Assembly: GCA_020137815.1 (NCBI GenBank)
Contig: CM035360.1
Coordinates: forward strand, 2,728,001-2,792,000
DNA from: Hormiphora californensis
Taxonomy: Eukaryota; Animalia; Ctenophora
Direction: 5' to 3'
DNA length: 64,000 nucleotides
Within the stretch, counting starts at the first letter, position 1; each line of letters opens with the position of its first letter. Positions 13,159-55,713 of this stretch are shown in pieces. Made by a program: the position numbers and the translations under genes. The notes under the pieces were generated by a model. The model saw only the letters and a list, made by a program, of their open reading frames with translations. It searched no databases and was not told the origin of the DNA.

Positions 13159-13439
13159 AACTCACTGTGTGGTGTATGCACTATGATCCACCCCTTCATT
13201 TGGCCACATTGATACCCGACTGAGATCGATCTCAGGAGCGAGAATAGGTTGCAATGGAGCCAACCCCTTCATCTAACCCCACCCTCATCTACCTCTCTTT
13301 CTTCATTTGTTCCCTTCATTCTCCTTCGCCATTTCCTCCTTCTATTCATTCCTCCGGTCCTGCTTCATGCCCGTCCTGTACTCATCCATCTCCCCCTCTA
13401 TCTCAACCTCTGTCTCCAACAACTCTCTCTACAACAACT

Positions 13440-13735
13440 CTCTCTACAACACCGATGGGAAGATGAAATCGGCTCCTGCTATCCACGCTCGGGAATCTGG
13501 ACACACCATGGACTGGAATTCTACATCTATCCTCTCCTCTTCTTCCTCCTGCCTCAGTCTAAATCTACTCGAACAAGCGCCTATTCACACTCTTCAACCG
13601 GCGATTAACCGAACAGATAAAGTTCCTACTGTCAACCTTCAATGGACTCACCTTCTCCCCAGGATTGCCAACTCCTTCAAACCCCGACCTGCTGGCATCT
13701 CCATCAAACCTAGATCCCCCAAACCTGTTTCCTAA
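13440..13735 (+). mobile_element. Penelope-like retroelement relic (C-terminal half of GIY-YIG endonuclease)
   Basis: ORF 13307-13735 contains KSAPAIHARESGHTMDWNSTSILSSSSSCLSLNLLEQAPIHTLQPAINR, matching the SA-x3-H-x4-GH-x2-DW...IL...LE...I...P-x-IN pattern of Penelope GIY-YIG domains. No RT found nearby. Confidence 0.7.
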
Positions 13736-13939
13736 TTCTCTTCAGCTCGGATCACCTCTTCTCCCTTCCCGTGGATCACCTTCCTTGGGGTTAGTTACTT
13801 AGTTTGGTAGCCCGCAGTATGGTACATGTTCACAATTTTCATTTACATTTATCTCCTTCATCTTCCCATCCATCTCATTCAATCCTCTCCTTCTTCATTT
13901 CTTCATAACATCCTTTAAATCTAGTTATAATCTAAGACA

Positions 13940-14700
13940 TCTCCCGAACCTCGTCCTGTCTTATCTCCAAAGTATCAAACCTCACCCTGTCATCTCTCCC
14001 AAACATCACCCTGTCTTCTCTCCCAAACCTCACCATGTCTTCTTTCAAAAACCTCGTCATGTCTTATCTCCAAAGTATCAAACCTCTTCTTTCAAAAACC
14101 TCGTCCTGTCTTATCTCCAAAGTATCAAACCTCACCCTGTCATCTCTTCCAAACCTCACCCTGTTTTCTCTCCCAAACCTCACCATGTCTTCTCTCCCAA
14201 ACCTCACCCTGTCTTCTCTCCCAAACGTCACCCTGTTTTCTCTCCCAAACATCACCCTGTCTTCTCTCCCAAACGTCACCATGTCTTCTTTCCAAAACGT
14301 CACTACGTCTTCTCTCCCAAACATCACCCTGTCTTCTCTCCCAAACCTCACCATGTCTTCTTTCAAAAACCTCGTCCTGTCTTATCTTCCAAACCTCACC
14401 CTGTCTTCTCTCTCAAACCTCACCATGTCTTCTCTCCCAAACCTCACCCTGTCTTCTCTCCCAAACCTCACCCTGTCTTCTCTCCCAAACATCACCCTGT
14501 CTTCTCTCCCAAACGTCACTACGTCTTCTCTCCCAAACCTCACCCTGTCTTCTCTCCCAAACCTCACCCTGTCTTCTCTCCCAAACCTCACCCTGTCTTC
14601 TCTCCCAAACCTCACCCTGTCTTCTCTCCCGAACCCCACCCTGTATTCTCTCCCGAACCCCACCAGCACCCTGTCTTATCTCCCAAACCTCGCCCCATAT
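13940..14700. repeat. 24-bp minisatellite (ccaaacctcaccctgtcttctctc)n, ~30 copies
   Basis: Direct tandem copies. The unit is a multiple of 3, which produces the (LSSLPNLT)n and (GREDRVRF)n ORFs. Confidence 0.95.
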
Positions 14701-15391
14701 TCTCTGCCGAGTGTTCTGTTTGTCACTGTAATCTGGATACCACAGTAGCTAGGGTATTTTGTGATCTCATCTCTCTCCACCTCTCAGGTCCCTGGTCCCA
14801 GTTTAATGATTGGTTACGATCCGAACCTGGGACAGATTGCAGTTAAATGCCGCATTCGTTGCGGTATACATCGGGTTGTCGTCAAATAAATAGATGAACA
14901 ATAGTGTTGATACTGCTGATATGATAGACTATCTTTGGTGATATTTGTGATATCCCGGTGATATTTTATAAATCTCTGTGGGCTAAAGAATGGATTAGGG
15001 GTTGATTATGCCACTTCCCAATTGCTGACAGTCAGGATAAAATATTATTTACAAATTACATCTCATGTGTTATTTTGTTGCTTTGTTGTATTGACCACTA
15101 AAAACAATTTGTATCAATTTATTTCCGGCATGGTGGGGGATTCAAACCGCCCCTCGTCTTTGATTCAAGGTCAAAGATACAAGGTTTAGGGATCGCTCGC
15201 CTAATTATGTAATTGTCACAAAATGGGACTCTGTCTCAGTTCACGAACATGCTTTGTGTAGCGCGCGGGATAGGTCTAATGGTGAAATGAATCCTGCGCG
15301 CGCCGTCAGTAATGGGCTCTGACAAGCGGTTTTCGGAAAGGGTGCGCGGGATAGACTACTGGCCCCTATCGGGGGCCAGCAACGTTTGCCA

Positions 15392-15611
15392 ATCCCTAAT
15401 AAAGTTGTGACTTGTCACTGTAGTCTTGCGGAGGCGCGGTTGTGACTTGTCACCGCGTGTGCGCGTACCAAAACGCACGTGGTTCCCACTGCGCGTAGCT
15501 GCGGCGCGGCGTAAACCATGCGGTGACAAGTTACAATCGCGCATTTTGAAGCCGCGCCGCCACGGGAACCACATGTTTGGTGACAAGTCACAACTTTATT
15601 AGGGATCCCTA
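15392..15611. mobile_element. MITE with 27-bp terminal inverted repeats, upstream of HGSNAT
   Basis: atccctaataaagttgtgacttgtcac (15392) and gtgacaagtcacaactttattagggat (ends 15606), plus an internal inverted pair ttgtgacttgtcaccgc / gcggtgacaagttacaa. The right end extends to tagggatcccta, a motif also seen at ~8847. TSD not resolved. Confidence 0.75.
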
Positions 15612-15910
15612 TATTTTTTTTCCACTTTCAAAATTTTGAAATTTGGTTTGATTTTTGTGCTCTGGTCCTAACTCCTAAAAATCACAATTCAGTTCGAGGA
15701 CAACCTCAAATGAAATAAATGTGAGAAGTCCACTTAGAGATGGCAGTTTCATAGTTCTAGCCAGCAGACTTTTATTTTAGATCGCCCAGGAGTCAGGTGG
15801 CGAGGCGACGGGCGAGAATCTGGGCATGGCCTTTGTCCAACAGTCAATCTCATTCGTTTCAACTTCGTAACCAATTTTTACAGCATAGGATGTAATAGAG
15901 ACTGATAGTT

Positions 15911-31564
<15,654 letters not shown>

Positions 31565-32720
31565 GCGCATCATGATCAGTGCGAGAATTGAAAGGAGTGA
31601 AATTGTTAAGCGGCGGGACTGCTATAGATCTTTGATCAGTGATACGTTACATAATAATTAGAATCACACAATGCAGCAGCTTGAAGAGAGATATATGATA
31701 CAGATCGAGCAGAGGGGGATAGACAGTTTGGGATGCAAAATTCAGGGTTAAAATTAAGTAATTATGTTTGTGTGTGTGTGTGCAGAGAGTGTTTTGGGTG
31801 TGACGCGTGTACTGTGTATGTGTGAATGTTTTTAAAGGTTTTCAACCCAACAAGTTTACCAGTTGTACAATACAATATAGCCAGGATTATATATATTAAT
31901 CTGACCTATATACGAGCAGAGTAGAGAAAGAAAGATATCTAGTAAATTATTTACTATGCTCTTGGGTTTTGCTTCACACACTTTAACCGTCTTAGTAAAT
32001 CTACACCGTTATATATTTCATTACTTCGTGCTGTATTTGTAAGAGTCAATGGAGCTGTTGAAAATAATGTTTGTTCTTCTTCTGTGTGAACACACAAAGA
32101 AGAAAAAGAGAGGGAAATAAGGGTGTATCATGCGAGTGAGTAATGTCATGTGTTACCGTTTATTTTTACAAGTATCCCCCGTGTTTCATGTTCCTCTTCC
32201 ACCCTGCCAAATCACGTGACCACGTGTGTGTGATGTCTGAGAAGGAGTGTGGTCAGATGAAACGGAAATGTAAACAAACTGCCCCCATCACCGATGGTTT
32301 ACCTTACGCCGCGCGATAGTTCAAAGTACCTAATGTCAGCATTTTGGTTGCGCGCTACCAATTCTTTTAGCACGTGTGAGGCCAGTGTTCCTCCTTTTGC
32401 GCGGCAACCACATGCGGCGTACTGTCAAAAAAGCCGCGTGAGCGATTAAATTCGTGCCGCGCGGTCCAGTTTATGAGATATAAAATTCATCAGTTCCCGA
32501 TTTTTTTTGATCGACCAGAACGGGCGCGATTATAATCTGGGTGCCTTGCGGCCTGTTTACAGGTGCGCGCTACCAAAAGAGTATACTTAGACCGACTTTT
32601 TTCAAACGGCTATAGCCATGGAACCACATGGCCGATTTGTGTAAACTAAACGGTATCAGTTAGAGAATCGATAGCCCTCAAACTTTTCAACACTACTTTA
32701 AACAAATTAATTTGAGGTTT

Positions 32721-33965
32721 ATGGAACCGCCCCTCATGGGCAGTCCGACGCTAATGGACGGGGTAGCCGCTTCTTCCTCCCATGTCCCTGATCCCACACA
32801 CCAACTCCAACAAGCGCTGATCAACGAGAACCTTCTTCACCTGTTGGACGAGGATTCTGAACTTCCTCCGAGAAACCCAGACCGAAAATCATTGTGGGCA
32901 CTGCTAAAACAGTCATACCAGGCGGTATGTGCACTTACTGATGCTCTAGCTCTCAACACTCGCCAAACTCCTTCGTCCAATGAAAATGACCCTCTCGATA
33001 ATCTCAATGTTATAGAAGACATGAACAATCACCTAGAAAATTCAAGGAAGATATACTATCTGCAGTAACCGACAGAATTACTGCTGCGATGAAACCTCTG
33101 AACCAGGCAGCGCCATATGCTCATGCTACTGCTGCTGCTGCTGCAACCCTTACGCCAGTCCGCACTCCTACCCTACCACCTAAACCGTCTTTCAGTGATA
33201 TTCCCAAACCAGCACTTCCGTGGCGAAAAAATCTACATTGACTGTGAAGAGATTGATATCGACGAGGTCCAGAAGTTAAGTGAAAATGCTCTCTCCAAGA
33301 CGAAAGTGTCAAGAATGGACAAAAAGAAAAACTTGGTCATCGTGACCGTACCAGAGAGTGAGGGTCAGAAAGCAGCTGACGCCCTTAGCACAGGTCTACG
33401 TACCAAGACAGTAAGAGTGAGATCAGATCCAACAAGCAAACTCACGGTCCTAAATTTTCCCATCTCTGATTCTATTAATCAAGAAGAAGATAGACGAAAA
33501 CGAAGTGAAATCATCATAGAAGTCCTACAGGAGAAGAATCCAGAACTACAGGGCATTGCTGTGGATGTTGTGTCTTACAGAAAAAACTATCGGAATCCTG
33601 AACTCGCTACCATCGGTCTACGCCTACCCACTCAAACAAAGAGACAACTCCTTCGCCAGAGGGTAGTCTTCGTTGGATACACTGCGTGTAACGTTGTCGA
33701 CAGAGTACACGTGTTACAGTGCTACAATTGCCAAGGCTTCCATCACTCAGCAGCAGGCTGTGATCGAGACTCAGTGTGTGCACACTGCTCAAAAAACCAC
33801 GAATCAAAGGACTGTCCAGAAAAATCGAACACAGACTTTATTCCTTCATGTGTAAACTGTTCCCTGAATGGAAAGTCAAAGGACGATGTCTCCCACCGGG
33901 CAAACAGCACTGAGTGTCCGGCATACAAAGCTATATATGAAGCTACAAGGTCAAAAAACGAGTAG
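32721..33965 (+). CDS. LINE ORF1 (gag-like, zinc knuckles), split by frameshift(s) near 33.07-33.2 kb
   Basis: CYNCQGFHHSAAGC, CAHCSKNHESKDC and CVNC...HRANSTECP in ORF 33117-33965. Upstream ORF 32712-33068 is probably the N-terminal part. Confidence 0.8.
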
Positions 33966-36894
33966 AGGTAAAGTTGGCCACTCTGAACTGTTTTTCTCTG
34001 AGAAACAAGGTTGATGATATTTTACTGACTATCATAGACAATGATATTGATGCTGTTTGTCTGACCGAAACTTGGTTACATGCTATTGAGAGTGCTATTG
34101 AGAGTCAAATTAGTGAGCTTGGGTATAGGTTAGTTAGTGTTGCACGTGGTTCTAGAGGGGGTGGTGTAGCTATTCTCATGAAAAACTCCTTTCATTTCAC
34201 TCAGTTCAATCACTCTTTCTCATCAATGGAATGTATTGAATTATTGCTGACTCATTCAACTGCATGCCGCTTCGATTACTTGGTGTATACCGCTCCCCAT
34301 CCCAATCCCATTCGGTTTTCTTGGAGGAGTTCGAGACACTACTTCATGGTCTGGCTGAAAGGTCGGGAGAGGTCGTCATAACTGGTGATTTCAACATACA
34401 TGTACAGAACATACATGATAGTTTTGCCAAATCCTTCTGTGGACTCCTTGATGATCACTACTTTCACCAGTCGGTAAACACCGCCACTCATGTCTCAGGT
34501 GGAATACTCGATCTAGTTCTCACGAAGAATCTCCCTGATGCTCTTCCAATATTAAATCTTGCTGTAGAGATGACTCCTGCAGCTCCTGACCACGCACTGG
34601 TTTCGTTTAACCTTCCAATCGGGGCTCCAATTCAGCGGAAGGACTTCATCTCCATTCAACGACGGGATATCAAGAATTTGGATGTGGATGAACTTCGATG
34701 CACCATACTGAAAATCCCCACTCTGCGACACAGAAGAATTCCCTAGTGAACTGGTTGAGATCATTAAACTGTATGATGACCTTCTGTCCGAGTTTTTGGA
34801 CGAACTTGCCCCGATTGAGAATAAGGTTGTTCCAGAAAATCCTAGCCCTCCCTGGTTTAATAGTGACTGTCAGGCGGCAAAACGGCGACGCAGGAAAGCC
34901 GAGCGTGATTTCAAGGCGTTACTGAAGAGAGATGTTCCCTCGCATATACTGGTTGAATCTCTGAGGAATCTCAGACGGGAGGCGAAAGAGGCATCACGGT
35001 TCATCACTTCAACCAGAGACGACTACTATCGGAGGAAACTGGAAGAGGCTGGGAATGACCAATCGGTAATATATCGAATTACGAATGGATTACTTGGCAA
35101 GGAGAAGAATCCGAGCACACTACCGGAACATGATGACCCAGTTGATCTCTGTCAAAAATTCATTCAGTATTTCAAGGAAAAAGTGGACAAAATCTATTTG
35201 GACATCAAGAAACTACGGACAGAAGACGTCACCAGAGGACCCGAAACTCCCAGCCCACCACAACTCGATTCCTTTCGTGCATTATCTAGTGAGGAGCTAG
35301 TTAAAATTGTTCGATCAATGAACTACAAACAATGTGACCTTGACCCTCTACCATCAAAACTGGTCGGAGAATGCATCCACGAACTGATGCCGATAATATT
35401 GGCTATTGTCAACGGTAGCCTTACTAGTGGAGTGTTTCCCTCTACATTGAAAAAGGCCATGATACGACCGGTTTACAAAGGAAAGGACTCGACTCGAACA
35501 GCATGTCAAGTTATCGACCGATTTCTAATCTGAGTTTTATCTCAAAGATTATTGAAAAGTGCGTTGCTCTACAGATTACAGAACATCTGGAAAGCCATGG
35601 ACTTCTTGCCTCAGTTCAATCGGCATACAGACAGAAGCACTCCTGTGAAACAGCAACACTACGTATATTCAATGATCTGCTAGTTCTCACTGATAAACGG
35701 AATAAGGCCGTTCTTCTCCTCTTGGATCTATCCGCTGCTTTCGACACAGTCCCTCACAACATTCTCATTAGCCGATTGGACAAGATGTATGGAATCAAAG
35801 GGGTGGCTCTTGAGTGGTTCCAGTCATATCTGAAAGACCGGGCAGCAGTTGTCAAAATTGGCAAAAGTCAATCACTTCCTGTTAACATCGAAATAGGTGT
35901 ACCGCAGGGATCCATCCTCGGTCCGTTACTTTTTATTCTGTTCACTAAGGACCTGGAAGCTATAGCGGCACGACACAAAACCAAGATTCACCTATACGCT
36001 GACGATTCTCAGCTATATGTCAGCTTCACAAACGATGCCTGGAACGAATGTGAGTCTCAACTCAAAAAATGTTTCTTGGAAATTAAAGCATGGATGGCAT
36101 CCAGTTACCTGAAACTAAACCCGGCAAAAACTGAGTTGATGTTCATTTCCTCTCGAACTGATAATAGTCCAAACCCACTGGATTATTCAGATCCTCTAAC
36201 ATTGTGTGATGAGGAAGGACCCCTCTCGGCGACCATCTTTCCCTCCCAGAGTGCCAAGAATCTGGGTGTTGTCTTTGATGAAAAACTTACCATGAAAGAA
36301 CATGTTTCAAAAGTTGTGAAGGAATGTAACTATAACCTTGTCAACCTCCGTAGAATTGGAAACAAGCTACAGAGAAGACACAAGGTTCAGCTGGTCCATT
36401 CGCTCATCCACTCTCGTCTGGACTACTGTAACGGCTTACTAATTGGTGCCGATAAATGTGACATTGCCAGATTGCAAAAAGTGCAGAACGCAGCGACTCG
36501 CTTTGTGTTTGGAAGGTGGCAGTGGAGGGGAGTTACAGACCTCAGGCGGCAATTACACTTTCTTCCAGTTGATGCTAGAATTGAATTTAAAATCTGTCTC
36601 ATGGTTTTCAAGTGTCTAAACAATCAAGCACCACAATATCTTCAAAATCTAATAAACAAACGTCAGAGGAAAGGAAAATCACTACGTCACGACGGTGATC
36701 TGACCCTTTTGGAAAGGGATTTTTCAACCAAGTACAAAACCACACAGCGTGCATTTCAAGTTTCAGGCCCGAGGATCTGGAATCAAATTCCCATTGACAT
36801 TCGCAACTGTTCAGACGAGGAAACTTTCAAATCCAGACTCAAAACCCACCTGTTTGAAAAGTCGTATGGTGATTGGGATGGACTGTCCCATTAA
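33960..36894 (+). CDS. LINE ORF2: APE endonuclease + reverse transcriptase, three apparent frameshifts (~34265, ~34720, ~35490)
   Basis: APE motifs LNCFSL, CLTETWL, RGGGVA, VYRSP, GDFN, THVSGGILDLV, DH. RT motifs YRPISNL, LDLSAAFDTV, GVPQGSILGPLLF, YADD, LKLNPAKTE, KNLGV. Confidence 0.92.
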
Positions 36895-38623
36895 TTTATG
36901 TGTACATCTATACGTCCGCTGCATGCATTGAGCTTCAGAATTATGGAGCAGTGATTCGCTCCACTCTTTTATTTCGTGATTAATCTCTTTTCTATGTAAC
37001 TTATTACATTGATTTAACATATATTTTCATACATATAATTATTTCTTACTTAATCAAAAACATTAATTTATTATCTAATTATTATCATCATATCTGGGCT
37101 ATTAATATCACTCATATCATCTTTCTTTTCCACTTTGGGTTCACCGCTTTAGAAGGCTGGTAGGAGTGCTCTGGCGCTCATCGAGTAACTTTGTATGACG
37201 TTTATCACTCTTACTATTATTAGTCAAAAAGCGGGATGTTAAATGTACATTTTGATTGATTGAACCGGTTACCCCAAACCAAACCCTAACCAGACCCTAA
37301 CGGATAGCCCTAACCCGTCGCGCGCGCCAAAACTACGAATTGTTAGCAATGAAAGGCACCCAGATTTTAACGTTTTCCGACCAGAACCTGTTTTCAATTT
37401 TTCAGAAAATTTCAAATCAGAGTCCACTTCTGGAGACCCGGAGTCCAGACCCTGGTTCAGAATCCAAGTACAAAAAAGCTGAAAAAGTAAATATCACACA
37501 AGGAACAGGGACTCTCTGTCAGACTGTCTGTGTGACTCAAACACAGATTGAAGTTTGACCCGAACCGGTGCCAACCGCTTACCGTTGTGGGAACGCAGAA
37601 TTCGGTTTACTTTTCATACAGTTTTGTGACACCTGTCACATTACGCATTGCAATGATGGCAGAGGATTGTACTATATGTAGTGGAAGTTGTGAGTGTCTA
37701 TCGCGTGCCAAAACTCAGCTTTTGCCTACACACTACTGCCAGTAAACCAGATGAAATTGGATCCTCGATTGATCATTAATTCCTTATTCAAATTTGATTT
37801 CTCAGCAGTCCCATTCCACCTGGCTAGCATTTAACAATCCGGCTGATTAACCCTCCCTGACTATTTAAACATGCCAGTGTCTATCCATCAAAATAATCCA
37901 TATAATAATTTCCAAAATGTTAGTCCGATAATTGTTTTCTCCCTACTCCTCCTACAGTTTTTGAGCTAGACCCCTAAAAATTTGTACACTGGTACTTTGG
38001 ACCAAGGCGGGTGTAAGTACGGGCTCAGATTTTTGATCCGATCTTTACAACAGTGACGTCACGGGGTGACGTCATTGCGACAAAAAGACTTACATTTTTC
38101 AAACGCTTCTAAGACCCTGAAAACGGCTCTAAATTAAAAAACTAACGCAATAGTGGGGAAAGAGAATCGTTTGAACTTCATTTTACGTGATAGCGATTTC
38201 CCGTAACTCAATGTTTAAGGGTCGTAAATCGCGTCGGGAAAGTTAAAAATGCCAAAAATACGATATTTTTCACCGTAGCCACCCAAAATCTTATCCAATC
38301 GATATGAAACTTGGTCGTTATATGAATTTTAATGTCCTTTGGCAAGGGGTTCCCGGAAAACGGATTGGCAAGATGAGAACTGACCGGAGTTCTTATAATT
38401 CTAAATTCACGAATTTGGAATTTTTCGTCGACTTTTTTTTTGGGGACATAAAACGCGAGGAAATTTTCAATGAATTTTAAAATTTTACACTGCGCGCGTA
38501 ATTCTAGGTTCCGCGCGCGGCGTAAAAAAGCAGCGCTTTTTTGGAAAAATTCGCGCGTTACAGTAAATGATTTACCCGCCTCGCCAAAATTGTAATGGCC
38601 GTTTTTTCAAAAACCCAAGGTGA

Positions 38624-38873
38624 TAGTAGGAGCGGTTAGATCACCACGTGGTTAAAGTCGCATGCCACCCCTTTTTGCGCATTGTCATAGCTCCTCGAGG
38701 TCGCATCCAATCATTATCAAGAAATGTCCCTCAAGTTTTCGCTTCTCCTTGAGGAGATCTACAGGTTTGATGAAGGTCACTTATGGATTGGATGCAAAAT
38801 GAAGCCGTGAGAGTAACCTGAGATTAGGGTGGCGCGCGACTTTCTGCACGTGCTGATCTAACCGCTCCTACTA
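38624..38873. mobile_element. Academ-like MITE (TAG...CTA termini, 3-bp TSD TGA)
   Basis: tagtaggagcggttagatca-cacgtg...agtcgc-tgccaccc versus gggtggc-gcgact...cacgtg-tgatctaaccgctcctacta. TGA at 38621-38623 and 38874-38876. Confidence 0.75.
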
Positions 38874-39187
38874 TGAGACTCATTGCAAGGAACAAACAAA
38901 TTATCTTTTTAAAATCAAACACAAATGTCACCGGTTATATGAGGATAAATTACCATTTACCAGGTCACGGGTTCTATTCCCAGCAAACGGGTACTCTAGT
39001 ACTCCTAAATAAGATCCTTTTAGTGGACTTAACGAATATTTTCTCTCGCATTTGATGCTTCATACTTCTTAAATGTGAAAGAGCTCTGTTCACATCATTA
39101 GTTTTTAAATGCTTCTAAAGAATCCCACTTATTATTGAGAAGGGTATATCAGAGTATATCCATTGTGTAGGATGTAACTGTCTGTCG

Positions 39188-53326
<14,139 letters not shown>

Positions 53327-54669
53327 AGACTATATAAGAGAGAGAAAGACAGCATGTGAATCCCCTTACAGAGGCTGCAATACAGGGTGTATGTGTGTGT
53401 GAAGGAGAGAAAGAGAAGGGAGAGAGAGACACGCACAATTATATATTCCCTCCTCTTTCTCTGCGACAAGTTGTATCAATGTAAAATTCTTACCATGTTC
53501 CCCCAATAAAGTTCATTCAAAGAGAAAATATTCTGCTTTTAGTTTGGTTCAAAATCACTTAAAACACAAATGGCACCTATCTTTGTATTTGCAAATGGAA
53601 CCTAAAACATTCTTATCAAATCACGCATCACATATTTAACATTGTCTTATCATTGTTTGTTCATCACATACACGGGACACCCGACCCGGAAATGGCAGTG
53701 GCCCGGAATGACAGTCGACCGTCAGAAGTTAGGTTATACCGCGCGGCTCATTGGATCCGAATGCTTGCCACACCAACTCCCTCAGTTTTGGTAAGCGCGC
53801 GCTCCAACTCCTCACTTCGCCAGAACTGTGGTGACGGCTGCCACTGTGACCAACTGCACAAATAGGGACCGGAGGAGGAAGAATCTCTCGAATGGCTGGA
53901 CGGTAAAACAGCTGGTGATCTTGAGATTTACCTTCCGTTCCTGATTATCCTCCATGTTAATCACAACGTCATTCCTGGGATAAATATATTGGCGTGAGAG
54001 AGTAGCGATCACGAGTCACGGGGCTGAATTACTCTTGATTCTAATTCAATTAGAATCAAGAGAGATGGAGGGCTGCATATTGTAAAACTAGAAATAGGGG
54101 AAAACAGCATAATAAATAATGACATATAGCTAGGTAGGGACTCGGAAGGATAGATAGGAGGGGGGCTAGAACGTGACTTTCGCTGACTTTCTAATATCGA
54201 TTTGGTAAATTAAAAACGTTTTCCCGTGATTACAATAATAACATGGCTTGAATTTCACATATTAGTTCATATGGGGGTACCAGGTGGTTTCCTTCGAACA
54301 GATTTAGTGTTAACATATTTTTCAGCTCAGTTGAATGAATACGTTCATGTATTTTCAGTTACACAGTAGTATAGTTGTCAATCGTTAGGTCTTAACTTAG
54401 GATTGTGGGTCTCACTTGCCTTGCTCGACCCTGTTTCCCCACGCCTAAAATTCTTTTACATTGATGTAAAGGAGGGTTAGGACATAACAAGGCCTCACAT
54501 ATTGTCAATTATATTATCATTATACTACTGTAAACTTCGGAAAGCGGTTATATTTCATATTTTATAAGCTATAAACTGAATAATATTAGAATATCATATT
54601 GTCGGGTCAATTTATCATTTTATCAGTTTGACTATATTGCTCGTAAGCTAATTTAAGTGTTTCGACAGC

Positions 54670-55713
54670 ATGGCAATCTTTAGTAACGGTGGGATAACGA
54701 CACCTGATTTTCCTCTGTTCGTCTTCTTCATCCTCCTACCTTGCTTCTCCATCCCTCTCAATGGTATAGTCCTCCACCACAACCTCTACAAACAACCATC
54801 CATCGCTCGAACCCTCTACCTTCTCTTATCTATCATGGAGCTTATCTCAGGACCATATCTCTCCCTCCGAGTGGCAGTGGGGTTGTGGGGTGAACGAGAT
54901 ATTGGGTGCAACCACTCTCCAGATTTCAGCAAGTTTTGTTTAGAACGGTACTACCTGTATCTGTACAATGACAGTAGCGTCGGTTGTGCTGTCTACAGCG
55001 CCTTACAACGGACCATCAAAATTACCCCAACCATAATCACAAGCTACCTAGCCGGGGCATGCTACTTTCAAATTAAATATCCCTTTCGGCCGATTCCCTC
55101 GAAAATTGTTATCTCTTCCCTTGGATTTACCATCATGGTTAAACTTGTTCTCAGCAGCTTGGTTGAAGTTTTCTCGCACGGTTCCTCCTTTATTGTTCTG
55201 TACCAAGCGTGTCTAGGTATCATCGAGAACTCTGCCCCATTCCGCCACATCACCCAACTAAACCATTGGTTTAGCTGTCTGGTCCAAGGATCTGGTGTCA
55301 TATTCAACTCTCTGTGTGTGGTAGTTCTGTACAAGAAGCACAAGAAACCCCTGACACCACGTTCCAACCTTGCCACCACAGCCACGCTAAAGAGTCTGGC
55401 CATCAATGTCCTGGCAATGGTATATTTCACAGCGAACGCAGCTGGATACTTCTGCACTGAGGAGGTTTACGGAGGGGCGACGCGGTGGGAGGAGTTGTTG
55501 GAATCTTGGACTACAACCCCTCTCTCACATATAATCTACCTGTTTATGTTCTTCAATGTTATCCCTGCTCTGTATTCTGTGGCACATCCCTCCCTGTATA
55601 TCTTGTTCACCCCGAAATTAAAGCGAACTCGACGATTTGTCGTCCCTCTACCCTCTTCAGCAATGCTACAAACTAACCGAGCGTATAATAACTCAACTAT
55701 TGCAGGTCGCTGA
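54670..55713 (+). CDS. Intronless seven-transmembrane receptor, divergent class A GPCR-like
   Basis: 347-aa ORF with ~7 hydrophobic segments, TM1 Asn (LNGIVL), Cys at the start of TM3, YFQIKYPF after TM3 and NPxxY-like HPSLY in TM7. Confidence 0.75.
   Translation: MAIFSNGGITTPDFPLFVFFILLPCFSIPLNGIVLHHNLYKQPSIARTLYLLLSIMELISGPYLSLRVAVGLWGERDIGCNHSPDFSKFCLERYYLYLYNDSSVGCAVYSALQRTIKITPTIITSYLAGACYFQIKYPFRPIPSKIVISSLGFTIMVKLVLSSLVEVFSHGSSFIVLYQACLGIIENSAPFRHITQLNHWFSCLVQGSGVIFNSLCVVVLYKKHKKPLTPRSNLATTATLKSLAINVLAMVYFTANAAGYFCTEEVYGGATRWEELLESWTTTPLSHIIYLFMFFNVIPALYSVAHPSLYILFTPKLKRTRRFVVPLPSSAMLQTNRAYNNSTIAGR

Larger units (their letters stand above)
32600..37263 (+). mobile_element. Near full-length non-LTR retrotransposon (L2/Crack/Daphne-type, CR1 group)
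   Basis: ORF1 with CCHC knuckles, ORF2 with APE endonuclease and RT, an AT-rich 3' UTR with accgcttt...aaagcgg stem, and an (ATTG)n-type tail ttttgattgattga at ~37250-37263. 5' end approximate; no TSD found. Confidence 0.9.

Noticed and set aside
14035-14748. 237-aa ORF with (LSSLPNLT)n resembling a leucine-rich repeat protein
   Set aside because: Product of a 24-bp DNA minisatellite that is open on both strands. The 8-aa period is not an LRR, and there is no splice or gene context.
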